Counted from the stretch's first letter, positions 12,010 through 24,526 are shown. The stretch is DNA of 64,000 bases from Eledone cirrhosa (GCA_964016885.1 OZ024742.1:12338001-12402000); one strand, 5' to 3'. A program made the numbers and translations. The notes: a model not told the origin generated them from the letters alone.

Positions 12010-14600
12010 CTACTGGATGCTTTCCATTGTGCTACGTTCTAAATCAAACTTGTTAGTACTCTTTTGTGGGGATGTCCTTATTACTATATTGATGCAGTCT
12101 ACGTAACGAAGGTACATGATGAGGTCTATGGAGCTCTCATCAAGGAGATCTTTGAGTCTCCTTTCCCACCATACCATAAACAGATTGGCAACGTCACCAG
12201 CTATGCTGACGCCAATGGCTGCTCCCTCATTTTGGGTGTTGATCTTCTCGTTGAATTTGAATATGTGGCCCTTTAGGGTAGTTTGGATACTAGCCCCTAT
12301 TGCATGTGCGACTATTTTTCTTACCTGATCATTGTTTTGGGGTTCCGTATAGCTTTGGTCCACCCAATCCACCTTCCCATGGGAGTCTTTTTGCCATTGA
12401 GGTTATGGTGGCGTCTACCTCTTATGGGTCTACTGGGGCAGAAACGTCTAAGGTCATGGCCGTCTAGGTAGTCAGTGTCGTAGGTAAGTCTAAGTAGGAG
12501 GCCCAGTTCGTCTGTGTCGACGTCGCAGAACTCCACCTCACTCTCAATGATCATCTCCACACATTTTCCCACAACAAAATCAATGTTAATGGATGGATAC
12601 AGTGATACCACATCCATACTGCCTATTATGCAGTTGGATAGGTTTTTGTTTTTGTTGCACTCACTGATTCTGCTGAGGGGGTCCTCTGTACTGTCACATA
12701 CATCTGGGGACATCTTGATTATGGGGCGTATAACCATTGAGAGGAAGTAGGAGATCCTGTAGTTGCTAGCTATATTTGCTCCGCATACAGGTCTTGTTGG
12801 TGGTCCTGTTGTCGGGTCGTCGACTGTCTTATGGTCTTTGCGGAGCCCATACAAGGGTGGTATGCCATTGTTAGACGCCTGGAAGTTGTTGGCAGTGCGT
12901 CTGCTTGGCTTTAGGATGTCGGTCCACATCATCATGTGAGCGTTGAGGATTTTCTCTCTCCCATGTATTTGCTGTGCAATTTCGCTCGTGTTGGTGATGT
13001 GGGGTTGCATAGCCTTGATGTAGTTCGGCATGCTATCTATTGACATCCTACCAGACTTATCCGTGGGTAGACATACTACCTCACCATCCCTTGTGCGCTG
13101 CTTGAGGCTAACCAAGCCTTCTACAGGTTTCCTCCCAAGTTGTTGGACCTCTGGTGTGCTCTGTCTCTTAGTATACCGGTCTACTATTTGTCTAATCTTA
13201 TTTCTAGCTATGGTGAACTGTGCCTCTGTCTCGTCATCTATTTGTTGTGGTATACAAACCCTTTTATTAAAGGGTAACCTCGTAGGATAGATATTACCCA
13301 TCTTATATGTTTTGTCAGCTGGGTTGAAGAATAGTTTCTCTAAGGGGTTGTCATTATATCTATCGTCATAGTTGCATGTGTTGCTATTATTGTTATTATG
13401 GTGGTTGTTGTTGTTCCTATCATTAGAATTATTATTATTGTTATGATTGCTAGATGTATTGTTGCTGTGATTGTTAGATGTATTGTTATTGTTTTCTCCA
13501 CCGTTATTGTTGTTACTGTTATTTCTACCATTGTGGTTGTTACTTTTATTATGTTTCTTGTTTTTGTTATTGTTGTTGTTGTGTCTATCATTGATGTTGC
13601 TACATATATTATTTCCATTATTACCACTGTGGTTGTTGTTGTTATTCGCATTGTTACAGTTATACTACTGAGGTCGCTGCTGCTGTGTCTGTCGTTAATG
13701 TTTCTATTATTATTATTGTTGTTGTTGTTGTTGTTCTGTCTATCGTTAATAGTATTGCCATTATTACTATTTCTCACTCTCCTGCTATTGTTATTGTTAT
13801 GACTATTACTATTATAGCTGTTATTTCAATACTCAGAGTTATTGTTTATATTACTATTATCGTTGTTATTGTTGCTGTTGTCCGTATAGTTGTTGTTGTT
13901 GTTTACTTTTGCATTCCAACGTATTTTTGTGAAACACTTTTCCAGATCCGTTTTGCACTCCATAGGGTTAATCTTTTTGTAGATAGCAAATCTCGGTGGT
14001 AGCTGCAGGATTTGTTGTTCTTGTTCACTGATTAAAGTGTTCCCATAAATATTTACTGTGTGGTCATTGGTAAATTCTTCCGGTAGTTCTACATCAGTCA
14101 TACGGATATTGTTGATGTTAGCAGGGTATTTTGGGGAATATTATATCTTTCTTTCTTCTATTTTTTTCTTATTCATCCATTCTATTTTCTTATTGAAATG
14201 CCTATTGCATTAGTTTCGGGCGCATTTCGTTTCACGTCGAATGACGCTCATGAGTTCATCCCTCTCGTTTGGTGTGGTGAAATTTCGAACTTCCTTACCG
14301 TTAATGCGTTTCTGTCTGTAAAGTTCGTTAACTTTTGTGTACGTTGTTCTTTTCATATTAACTGTTATTATCTGTTTTAGTCGTTCAGCTTGTGTTTTGT
14401 TTATATATAGTATAAAAAAACGAAAAATTAGTGATGCATCTGGACTCAGTTTATTGCGTGTTACAATTGTTTTGCCGGCAGGTAGCTCGAGAGATGATCA
14501 TTGTATGGATCTGGCTGATTCTACAGCTGCAGGTTCCTTCGGACACATGCAATTCTTTCGGAGCAAATTTTCTCATATTTACTGGTGACAGTCAAGTTTG
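12010..14600 (-). pseudogene. Decayed Penelope-like element reverse transcriptase ORF with Asn-rich insert
   Basis: PTDKSGR, PPLYGLRKDHK, TRPVCGA, SMDVVSLYPSI, GAAIG..VANLFM and YLRYVD motifs, plus N-terminal LQLPPRFAI..DLEKCFTKIRW. Frameshifted; the endonuclease part is missing. Confidence 0.8.
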
Positions 14601-14637
14601 CAATTTTTGCAAACTTGACTGTCACCACTAAATATGA
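14573..14637. repeat. Fold-back hairpin at the 5' junction of the PLE (31-bp arms, 3-nt loop)
   Basis: TGGTGACAGTCAAGTTTGCAA-TTT-TTGCAAACTTGACTGTCACCA is perfect and extends 10 bp further with one mismatch. Confidence 0.9.
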
Positions 14638-14738
14638 ACCTGAAGATTGCGAAAGCATGAAATTAACATTTAACATTTAATATTCTACCATACTATTTCA
14701 TTATAATATCATTATAATTTTAAAGGATTGTGAATAAA

Positions 14739-14892
14739 ACGAGTAAATAAGACAAAGTTGGAATTCCTTTTATTAATATAATCTTCTATACACAATCATA
14801 CACACCTGTATATATATATACACGGGTATGTATGATTGTGTATAGAAGATAATATTAATAAAAGGAATTCCAACTTTGTCTGATTTACTCGT
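14739..14892. repeat. Inverted repeat centred on a short (TA)n
   Basis: GACAAAGTTGGAATTCCTTTTATTAATAT... and its reverse complement lie either side of TATATATATATA. Confidence 0.85.
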
Positions 14893-14996
14893 ATATATAT
14901 ATATATACGTATATATATTATATGTATATATACGTATATGTATAGAGATATATATAGAGAGAGATAAATAGACATACATACATATATATATATAGG

Positions 14997-15392
14997 ACCC
15001 GCTGCAACACCTGTCCCCACATCACCAACACCACCACCTTCCAGGGTCCCAACGGCCACCCTCTCTCGGTCCGGCATGCCTTCCGCTGCACCTCCTCCAA
15101 CCTAGTCTACGGACTTCGTTGCACGAGGTGCAGCGCGACTTATGTCGGACAGACGGGACGCCGCCTGGCGGACAGAGTCACGGAGCACCTCCGGGACATT
15201 CGTCTCGGGGGCAGTTCCCCCATCGCCCGCCACTTTGGTGGCCCTGGACACTCCGCACGCCATCTCACAGTCTGTGGCCTACTCCAGTGCCACGGAACAC
15301 CCGCCCATCGCCTTACGGTCGAACAACGCACTATCTTCATCTTACAGACCCACACTCCCCCCGGCCTGAACTCCCCACCCTTATTCCTTTAG
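14997..15392 (+). CDS. 5'-truncated PLE GIY-YIG endonuclease with CxxC motifs (Neptune-like); open frame without start codon
   Basis: Manual translation: RCNTCPHI...FRCTSSNLVYGLRCTRCSATYVGQTGRRLADRVTEHLRDIR...PIARHF...EQRTIFILQTHTPPGLN, stop at 15390-15392. Confidence 0.88.
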   Translation, partial: TRCNTCPHITNTTTFQGPNGHPLSVRHAFRCTSSNLVYGLRCTRCSATYVGQTGRRLADRVTEHLRDIRLGGSSPIARHFGGPGHSARHLTVCGLLQCHGTPAHRLTVEQRTIFILQTHTPPGLNSPPLFL

Positions 15393-16700
15393 CGTTCGAC
15401 CGCCCCCCCTCCGCCCACTTATCCCCCACTAACACCACTAACACACCCCTCCTTTTCACCGCCCACCCCACACTAACAATACTAAAACCTCCACTCCACC
15501 CCTCATCTGACCACCCTTCCCCAACTAACATACTAACATCCCTTCCCTCCCCTCTTCTCCTCCTCCCCCCTCCTTATCACACGCACACACGCACCCACTT
15601 ACACCACCCACCCCACACGCAACTAACATCACTAACACCCTCCAACCCCACGCACACGTACCCACACACCCTCGTACACCACCAACTCTACACACCCTAC
15701 CCCCACTAACCCCCACTCACACCTGCATTCCACCCCTCCCCACCTCCCGTATACTAACACCCACTAACACCTCCTCACCAAACTACACACACACCAGTAC
15801 ACCACACTCCCTCCATAGAACCACACACACCCTTCTCTCCGCACTCCACACTCACACCCCTACTAATACACACACACACACACACACCCTCCTCACTCCA
15901 ACTCTCACACCTACCCATCCGCCGACTGCTGCTATGCCCTTCCGACCACTGTCTCAGCACCAACTGACCACAGGACTTCCACTGTTGACCACTTCCTGTT
16001 GCGCGCGCACCCCACATCTCTCCTCTTCCGACCACCGCTTCTTGGATTACCCACACGCGTTTTGACTTCCAACCAAAATCTCCATACATCCGTGTAACTT
16101 ACCACTTTCAACCATCCTCTTACACCATCACCTATATAACTCACCCACACACACACACCAAAACAATTTTTTTTATCCACACGCCACCCACACCCACATC
16201 ACGCTTAAACCACACACACGTGCTTCCCACCACATATTTACACCCTCAGCCCCCTGATTCCTCTCCCCCACCCCCCTATCCACACACGCACAGACCCTCC
16301 GACCCACAAAAACACCCCCCACACACACCTTCCTGAACATGCAACCCCGTTCTTCCCCCAACCCTCACTTTCACATACACACACACACACACGCACACCT
16401 AACCACACACACCACCTTCAGCCCTCCCCGCTCGGACACCCCGTCTCCCTCTCCCCACTCCATCCGCCACCACCTCTACTCACCCCACACCCTTCCACCA
16501 CCTGTTTACCCCCCTTTTAATTTCAGTTTATTTTGATCATGCCTTTATTTTTAAATTTTCTCATTCCTTGTATTTTGATCATGCTTTATTTTTATTTATT
16601 ATTTATTATATTTTTGTCTTTATTTGTTAATTTTTCATTCGCACCGTTTCCTTTCGCTATATGTCTCTCCACCACTCCCCTACACACCTTTTGAACTCTC

Positions 16701-16732
16701 ACCTGAAGAAGGGCTTATGCCCGAAACGTCGT
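16701..16732 (+). ncRNA. Minimal type I hammerhead motif
   Basis: AC-CTGAAGA-A-GGGC-TTAT-GCCC-GAAA-CG-TC-GT, with palindromic ACGT stem III and GUC triplet as in PLE minimal hammerheads. Confidence 0.8.
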
Positions 16733-16820
16733 CCCCCACCTACCCCCCACTCTCCTGAGCGTGAATTTAATAAACATTTATCGTACTGCCTCTCTGTTCT
16801 GTCCCTGTTCAATTTTTCAT

Positions 16821-16864
<44 letters not shown>

Positions 16865-17181
16865 GTAGTATATAAATGTAAAGTTAACACTAAGGACTCA
16901 ATTTATTCATATATAGGAGCTACCTCCAACCAATTTAAAGTAAGATTTAATACCCACAAACATAGTTTTAAAAATGCCGCATTAGCTAATACAACATCTC
17001 TAGCTGAAATAATTAATAATTATAGAAAGAGGAATATAGATTATGACCTGACCTGGAGTGTGCTCAAAAGGGCCACCCCTTATCAAAATAATAGATATGA
17101 ATGTAGATTGTGTTCCCAAGAACTTTTTGAAATAATGAAATCTAAGGATATCCTATTAAATAAGCGACAGGAATTAATAAT

Positions 17182-17373
17182 TGTTTCTACTTTAGGCACA
17201 AGGCCAACAATTACCCAGTGCATTACTGGTACTTTATTTTATCGACCCCGTAAGGATGAAAGGCAAAGTCAACCTCGGCGGGATTTGAACTCAGATCGTA
17301 AAGGGACGTAACTATGCTGAAAGCATGGCGTCCGACCCTCTACCGATACTGCCAATCCACCGCCCTTTTAATC
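17182..17373 (-). mobile_element. tRNA-derived SINE with 18-bp target-site duplication
   Basis: B-box GAGTTCAAATCC and central GCCTTTCATCCTTACGGGGTCGATAAAATAAAGTACCAG. TSD GCGACAGGAATTAATAAT at 17164-17181 and 17374-17391. Confidence 0.9.
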
Positions 17374-17681
17374 GCGACAGGAATTAATAATATCGTGTAA
17401 TCATAAACTGAGAAAAACCTTTAAATAATATAAACCTAATTAATATACATTTTAGAAATTAATATAAAAACTTTTTTTTTATTTAGTTAACCTATAATTA
17501 ATATTCTACTACTGATGAACTACATAATTTTTTTTACTTTCCTTCTTACAACTATCTTTTCCTAAAATTGATACCATTAAGTAAATATATATAATGTTTT
17601 AATTTCAGGTTATGATTCTATGTTCCTTGAAATCTCTATATATTTATTATTTCTCACTAATAAATTTAACTCCCCCTCCAA

Positions 17682-17718
<37 letters not shown>

Positions 17719-18435
17719 TTTTTATATTTTTTTTATTTCCCCTCGTCTTTAACAGCACTCTTAAATTACATCTAACTCTTATTTATCATATCTATATGCA
17801 TTAATATAATTTTATCAATATAAATATACCCATCAATTAAATTAAGTTATATTCTTTTCATAGATGTAAATTCCATATATATTTTTTCCACTAACAATTT
17901 TTTCGTAAAATTTTAGTCTCCTTAGATATTTACATTGGCATTATTCTTTTATAACAGCAACTTTTCGTGTACCTTTTACTGACCTGACCTATTTTTACCC
18001 CTAAAATAACCTTTTCATTCTTCATACTCCTTCCATTCAAAACTGAAATCTACCTTCTTCTACTCCTAAAATAAACTTCAATTACTACTATTTTACCATT
18101 TGGCCAATTATTACCTTTCTATTGGTCAATTCAAAACCTGTTCCCAAACAGACCTATTATAGTAAATCTTTGTTGGTTTTATTCAATGAACAAATATAAT
18201 TATTTCTGAGGTCAGCATATGACCTATTTTCATCCCTAAAATAATCTTTCATTTATAATATTCTTTCCATCCAAAACTGAAATCTACCTTCCTCTACCCA
18301 TAAATTAAGGTTCTTTTACTACTATTTTATCATCTTGACCTTCACTATCTTTCTATTGGTCAATTCAAAACCTGTTCCCAAACAGACCTATTGTATTAAA
18401 TCTTTGTTGGTTTTTTTCAATAAACAAATATCGTT

Positions 18436-18563
18436 ATTTCTGAAGACAGCATATATATGTGTAGGTATGTATATTCCCTCTAATAGTTTGTAAAGATTTT
18501 ACATAGATCTATAGGATATGCATACCAACACTAACATATATATCGTAGAAACGATCGTAAAAT
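18436..18563 (+). ncRNA. Type I hammerhead motif with ~100-nt stem II
   Basis: ATTT-CTGAAGA-[long hairpin]-GAAA-CGATCG-TA-AAAT; palindromic stem III and GUA triplet. Confidence 0.7.
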
Positions 18564-18743
18564 GTTGAATTTTTTTATATAAGGAACTGTTTCTTGGTTT
18601 TTTCATTAATTTATTAATTTAACATATATATATATATATATATATTTGTGTGTGTGCATGCATGACTATTTGTCTATCTCTCATATTACACAAGTTCTCT
18701 CTCCAAATATACTGCTGACTCGCTTAATTTTTCCCCATTCCAA

Positions 18744-18777
<34 letters not shown>

Positions 18778-18927
18778 TACCCCCCCCTCTCTCACAAACA
18801 CTCACACACAAACAAGGGAAGATGCCCAATTTCTTCCGTTCTGGGGCTTGTGTACCTTGTTATTAGACGTTTTTGTCATATATATATGCATATATAATAT
18901 AATATATATATAATATAATATATATAA

Positions 18928-19026
18928 TTGTTTCTACTTTTGGCACAAGGCCAGCAATTATACCAGTGCATTACTGGTACTTTATTTTATCGACCCCGTA
19001 AGGATGAAAGGCAAAGTTAACCTAGG
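18928..19026 (-). mobile_element. 5'-truncated copy of the same SINE
   Basis: Near identity to 17182-17278. Confidence 0.85.
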
Positions 19027-19130
19027 CATTATAAAATCAATACAAGTGGTTTACGAAGAATGAACTGTGATGTGAAATTATCTATAAAACCCCCTTCTGG
19101 GTCACGTAAGGAACACTCTTTAGATTTTAT

Positions 19131-19168
19131 GCCCTTGAGAAGCCCTTTCGGGCGAAACGTACGTAGGT
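19131..19168 (+). ncRNA. Decayed minimal hammerhead motif
   Basis: GCC-CTTGAGAA-GCCC-TTTC-GGGC-GAAA-CGTACG-TA-GGT. The CUGANGA box is mutated, the stems are intact, and AATAAA then (TA)n follow. Confidence 0.6.
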
Positions 19169-19221
19169 GGTGTTTTAAATAAACATGTTTTAACGGTTTG
19201 TTCTCCTTTATATACTTCTTC

Positions 19222-19292
<71 letters not shown>

Positions 19293-19337
19293 GTATAATA
19301 TATATATATATATATCAATATATATATATATATATCA

Positions 19338-19451
<114 letters not shown>

Positions 19452-19471
19452 CATATACATATATATATATA

Positions 19472-20490
19472 AATAACGGAGGAAATGTGGTAAGGAACCA
19501 GGTGGACCATAACGCACCAAAGTACTCAACACTTAGGGTAGTAGAGTGGGTAATAGGAACGAGTAGGACCCGGACGGCTGAGCTCAAGCCGTTTCGACGG
19601 CTAATTCTGGACTAAAGGAAATTGTTATCCTGGTATTTGAATAGCCGAGCTCCTCAAGGGGTAATTCCATATATGGTAAAAGTGATTGTCACAAGGATTG
19701 GTCAAAAGTTTGTTGTTGAGACATAATAATTCTATCATGGCAATTTGTGGAGGGAAGGGGTAGCTGAACCTGCCAGTAGGAGAAAGAGGGAGAGGCGGTG
19801 GAGGAGACCCCAGTAGTACAGATCGGGTCCGTAAACAATTAATCAGCTTCTTCCGCGACTGGGGATTTAAAATAACCCTACAAACGTCCCTGACCCGAGA
19901 AAACTTCCTGTACGTTACCCTTGACCTCGATAATGATCTGTACTACCCATAGAGGAAACATAACGACAACTTGCACTACATCCACCGCCGGTCAAACCAT
20001 TCTAGGAACATCACCAATAACCTTCCTTAAAAACATCTCCCTCCGCATATCTTGTTTGTCAGCTAATGAGCAGATATTCGAGGAACATGCGCCTTATTAC
20101 AACCAGACCATCAAGCGGAGTGGTTTCCGGGAGGAAATATCCTACTGACCAGCTTCCTTTAGCGGACCAGCAGGCGACACCGCCGCTCACGCAATGTAAC
20201 ATGGTTCAATCCTCCCTACAACGCCGAGGTGACAACTCCTATCGGGAAAATCTTCTTTAAGCTAATTGAAAAACACTTCCCACTACAACACCGCTACCAC
20301 AACATAATTAACAAAAATACCATCAAACTCTCTTACAGCACCACACCAAACTTTGCACAAAACATCGTCCCCTCTAACAACAAAAAACTCAACCCCTATG
20401 GAAGAAATAACCTAAATAGCAGTGGAGAGCCGACCAGGGGGTGCAACTGTCCTGATGGATCCATTTGCCCCCTCGACAACAGATGCAGAG
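19472..20490 (+). mobile_element. Naiad-like PLE fragment (RT thumb/linker) with inverted pLTR at its 5' side
   Basis: 19820-20490 encodes NISLRISCLSANEQIF..PYYNQ..SGF, WFNPPYN, KHFPLQHRYHNIINKNTIKLSYS and CNC..CPL. 19472-19815 is an inverted pLTR with a hammerhead at 19568-19662 (minus strand, TTGAGGA core). Confidence 0.8.
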
Positions 20491-20770
20491 ATCGTGTGTC
20501 TGTGGATGTGTGTGGGGGGAGTGGTTGTGTCAGTGTGTGAGTGCGTGTGTGTGAGTGTGTATGTATGTATGTGGGGGGGGGGCGTGAGTGTGTATGCATG
20601 TGCGTGTGTATGTGGGGGGAGTGGGTGTGTCAGTGTGTGTCAGTGTTTATGGATGTGTGTGTGAGTGTGTGTACATAGAAAGAGGAAGAGGTACATAGGG
20701 GAGAAAGATAGAGGAGAAAGATAGAGAAACATAAAGCTATTCTTTGTTCGGTTCTTCAGAGTCGAGTCAA

Positions 20771-20990
20771 ATAGATAATTTTTTTTATTAGCCACAAGGG
20801 CACAAAAGAAGGGGACACATACAAATGGGCAGTTTACATACAGGTATATGAAAATAAAACTATTAATACAATAACAAATAACAATTGAGATCCCCAATAG
20901 GGAGGAGGTGTTACACAGGGGTTGTACACACCCCGAAAAAATGAACAACCCTCATCTCCAGGAGCACCAAGAGTGAGTACTCCCTTCCTC
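20771..20990 (-). mobile_element. 3' UTR fragment of the Tx1/L1-clade LINE
   Basis: Similar to 440-655 and 29400-29650 (GCCCTTGTGGCTAATAAAA). Confidence 0.7.
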
Positions 20991-21269
20991 ATAGATAGCT
21001 ACTAAATATTTTGCGCGTTTTCACATGATACATTTCCCTGTACAAGTATTTTTTTACACCACACTAACATGGACATTTTTCAGGTAATACATAAAAGTGT
21101 TCCCTTTGTTCCTTCGCCTTATTCTGCCTTATAAATTAGCCTCCCACATCCAACTGCGATTTACAGTGTGCTAGAAGGACGACCTCTCTTTATGAACAGC
21201 GACTGGATTCACAAACTTTAGTCGAAATACTACCGTGTCCAAGAGTATAGAAAAAAAATGTCTAAAATC

Positions 21270-21523
21270 AGTCTCGAGCCTGGAGGATAATCAGGCTGGT
21301 GCTGATCCCGGTTGCCGTTGTAACTGAGAATATAAGACTCCCCTTCACTACTGGACAGAACGCCAGTCCATCGTAGGGTTAAAACTATCCACTATTGCAG
21401 GTACATATTTTCAGCTCAGTGTACTGGAACAACGTGAAGTGTTTTGCTCAACAATACAACTCAAGTCGAACCTACGATATTATGACCGTTAATAGAACAC
21501 TCTTACCACTAGACCATGCGCCT
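21270..21523 (-). mobile_element. tRNA-derived SINE with V-domain-like core
   Basis: Reverse complement GGCGCATGGTCTAGTGGTAAGAG...GGTTCGACT, then TGAGCAAAACACTTCAC and CCTACGATGGACTGGCGTTCTGTCCAG (V-SINE-like). Confidence 0.65.
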
Positions 21524-21585
21524 CTACAATACTATACAAGAGTATATCCTTAGGAGAATATATCCATATTATATTTAAATATATA

Positions 21586-22140
21586 CTAGCCGAATTACCC
21601 GCGCCTTGTTGCGCTTCACACATTTTATTTTTTTTTTCGTAAAAAAATAATGATTGATTTTAAATCAGTGATATAATTTATTTGTGTAAAAATAAAGGGG
21701 GAATGTTAAAAAAGTAGAGGCATTGACTGATAATTTTTGTTGTTATAATTCTAGTGATGTTTGCTATAGATAAAATGTCTAAATTAGCCAATTTTACTAT
21801 AAAAGGGATGTACTTTTTTTGTTGATCAATAGAAAAACCCCATGATAATAGAGGTTCCAATACTCAAGTTATGGGCTTCCAAAATTTTCATATAGGGAGT
21901 TTAACCTCCATTAGGGTGTCAAACCACAATAATAAAAATGTTGAGAATCGAACTCCAGTCGACACGATTATATAGAGAACGCCCCTTTATCCCCACGCCA
22001 CAAAACACAGTTCTAGTATGACGTGATAGAGATTATCTTTGACCGAATCAGAAAGTTAATATAACACGACACGTTATCCGAGGTTCATATTTTATTCATA
22101 ATTAGTTTTCTTTTTTCTTTCTATCTTCTTATATTAGTAT
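21586..22140 (+). mobile_element. Second Helentron-associated (HINE-like) element, putative
   Basis: Starts ACTAGCCGAATTACCCGCGCCTTGTTGCGC and ends TTATATTAGTAT. Boundaries are approximate. Confidence 0.4.
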
Positions 22141-22330
22141 ATTTTTATGTATGTGTCATCTGACTAGTCAAAGATTCAAGGTGACTCGACCTTAATAATC
22201 AGGATATCCACTATTGCAGTTTGAGTGACGGATATTTAATGGGTTGCGTTTTCATATTGTTTGCAAAATTGGTTTCGTTTTGGCTAACGGAATATATTCT
22301 CAACAGTTAGACTCCTTCCATAAATGTATG

Positions 22331-22361
<31 letters not shown>

Positions 22362-22517
22362 TTGTTTGTGTGTGAGTGTGCGTGTGTGTATGTGTGTGTG
22401 CACGCGCTCGCGTGGGTGGGTGTGTGTATATATATATGTATATATATATGTATGTATACACATATATATATATGCATACACACATATATATATATGTATA
22501 CACATATATATATATAT

Positions 22518-22558
<41 letters not shown>

Positions 22559-22596
22559 TATATATATGTATACACATATATATATGTATACACATA

Positions 22597-22655
<59 letters not shown>

Positions 22656-22874
22656 GTAGAAGTTGTATTTAATTTGTTGGAAGTCCGACAAACATAAATG
22701 TTTATAACTGATTTAGAGCACTCAACAAGTTACTGGAGTAAATATTCCATGATATTAAATAAATGGAAACTATATTTATAAAACCCTATTTATTTTATTA
22801 TGTATATATATATATATATATATATATGCATATACATATATATATGTATACACTTATATATATATATGTATACA

Positions 22875-22904
<30 letters not shown>

Positions 22905-22912
<8 letters not shown>

Positions 22913-24305
22913 TGAGTCCTTCATCAGTGACCCTCCAACCGTCCCAGGCATTTCATCGCTTTAAGGGCCATATACCTCAGGTTGGTGCGAACAACGGCTA
23001 AAAAAAGTCGTTGGGACACGTAAATAAAGAGAACGTTAGGGTGAGCAAACAAAATGGTTTAAGCAACAGAAAGTGAGAGGAAAGAGACAAGTCCCAGATT
23101 TCTATGAATATAAACTCGATAAAATCGTGAACTAGAGAATAAAGACCATCAGACCTGGTTGAAATGTGAGCAAGGAAGGAATTTCGCACAGGTCTAACGG
23201 GAGGAAGAAGAAGAAGGGGTCTGGTCTGCGAATTCGGTAAACATAAGTTCTGTGAAGACGCAGACGAGAGAGAGAGAGAAAAAAAATTCATACCGGCATG
23301 GCCAAGAATGCGCGAGAAAAGAAATCGGACAGGTCAAGCGGGAAGAAAGAGGAGTGGAGGAGAGGTAGTGACAGGGTATGAGTGAGTGAAAGTTGAGGAA
23401 GAGGCTAACAGAGAGAGAGACCGCTAGAAAGGATAAAGATACAAAGAGAGAAACAGACGGGTGGCAGCAGAGGAAAAAATATGTGTAAATATGATAATAA
23501 TGGAGCTGCGGCGTTGCAAATGGGTTACATATAAAAAAGTGAGTCCTTCATCAGTGACCCTCCAACCGTCCCAGGCATTTCATCGCTTTAAGGGCCATAT
23601 ACCTCAGGTTGGTGCGAATAACGGCTAAAAAAAGTTGTCTGGACACGTAAATAAAGAGAACGTTAGGGTGAACAAACAAAATGGTTTAAGCAACAGAAAG
23701 TGAGAGGAAAGAGACAAGTCCCAGATTTCTATGAATATAAACTCGATAAAATCGTGAACTAGAGAATAAAGACCATCAGACCTGGTTGAAATGTGAGCAA
23801 GCAAGGAATTTCGCACAGGTCTAACGGGAGGAAGAAGAAGAAGGGGTCTGGTCTGCGAATTCGGTAAACATAAGTTCTGTGAAGACGCAGACGAGAGAGA
23901 GAGAGAAAAAAAATTCATACCGGCTTGGCCAAGAGTGCGCGAGAAAAGAAATCGGACAGGTCAAGCGGGAAGAAAGAGGAGTGGAGGAGAGGTAGTGACA
24001 GGGTATGAGTGAGTGAAAGTTGAGGAAGAGGCTAACAGAGAGAGAGACTGCTAGAAAGGGTAAAGATACAAAGAGAGAAACAGACGGGTGGCAGCAGAGG
24101 AAAAAATATGTGTAAATATGATAATAATGGAGCTGCGGCGTTGCAAATGGGTTACATATTTCTCTCTCTCTCTCGTCTGCGTCTTCACAGAACTTATATG
24201 GCCCTTAAAGCGATGAAATGCCTGGGACGGTTGGAGGGTCACTGATGAAGGACTCACTTTTTTATATGTAACCCATTTGCAACGCCGCAGCTCCATTATT
24301 ATCAT
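22905..24305. repeat. Two tandem 627-bp units plus an inverted, internally deleted partial copy, between (TA)n tracts
   Basis: 22905-23531 and 23532-24158 are near-identical. 24160-24305 is the reverse complement of parts of the unit. Confidence 0.92.
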
Positions 24306-24395
24306 ATATATATATATATATATATGTATACATATATATATGTATATATATCTTTACACAAATATATATATATATATGTATATATATCTATACAC

Positions 24396-24429
<34 letters not shown>

Positions 24430-24447
24430 GTATATACATATATGTAT

Positions 24448-24488
<41 letters not shown>

Positions 24489-24526
24489 GTATACACACAC
24501 ATATATATATATATGTATACACACAA

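Larger units (their letters stand above)
14995..16820 (+). mobile_element. Truncated PLE: GIY-YIG, C-rich 3' UTR, hammerhead; inserted in (TA)n
   Basis: GIY-YIG frame, ~1.1 kb C/A-rich UTR, hammerhead at 16701-16732, AATAAA, with (TA)n on both sides. Confidence 0.8.
16863..18622 (+). mobile_element. Truncated Naiad-like PLE: GIY-YIG, AT-rich UTR, hammerhead
   Basis: VVYKCKV...SYIGATSNQFKVRFNTHKHSF...WSVLK..CRLCSQE..LLNKRQELII, resuming SCNH after a SINE insertion. ~235-bp tandem duplication at 17986/18221; (TA)n flanks. Confidence 0.85.
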
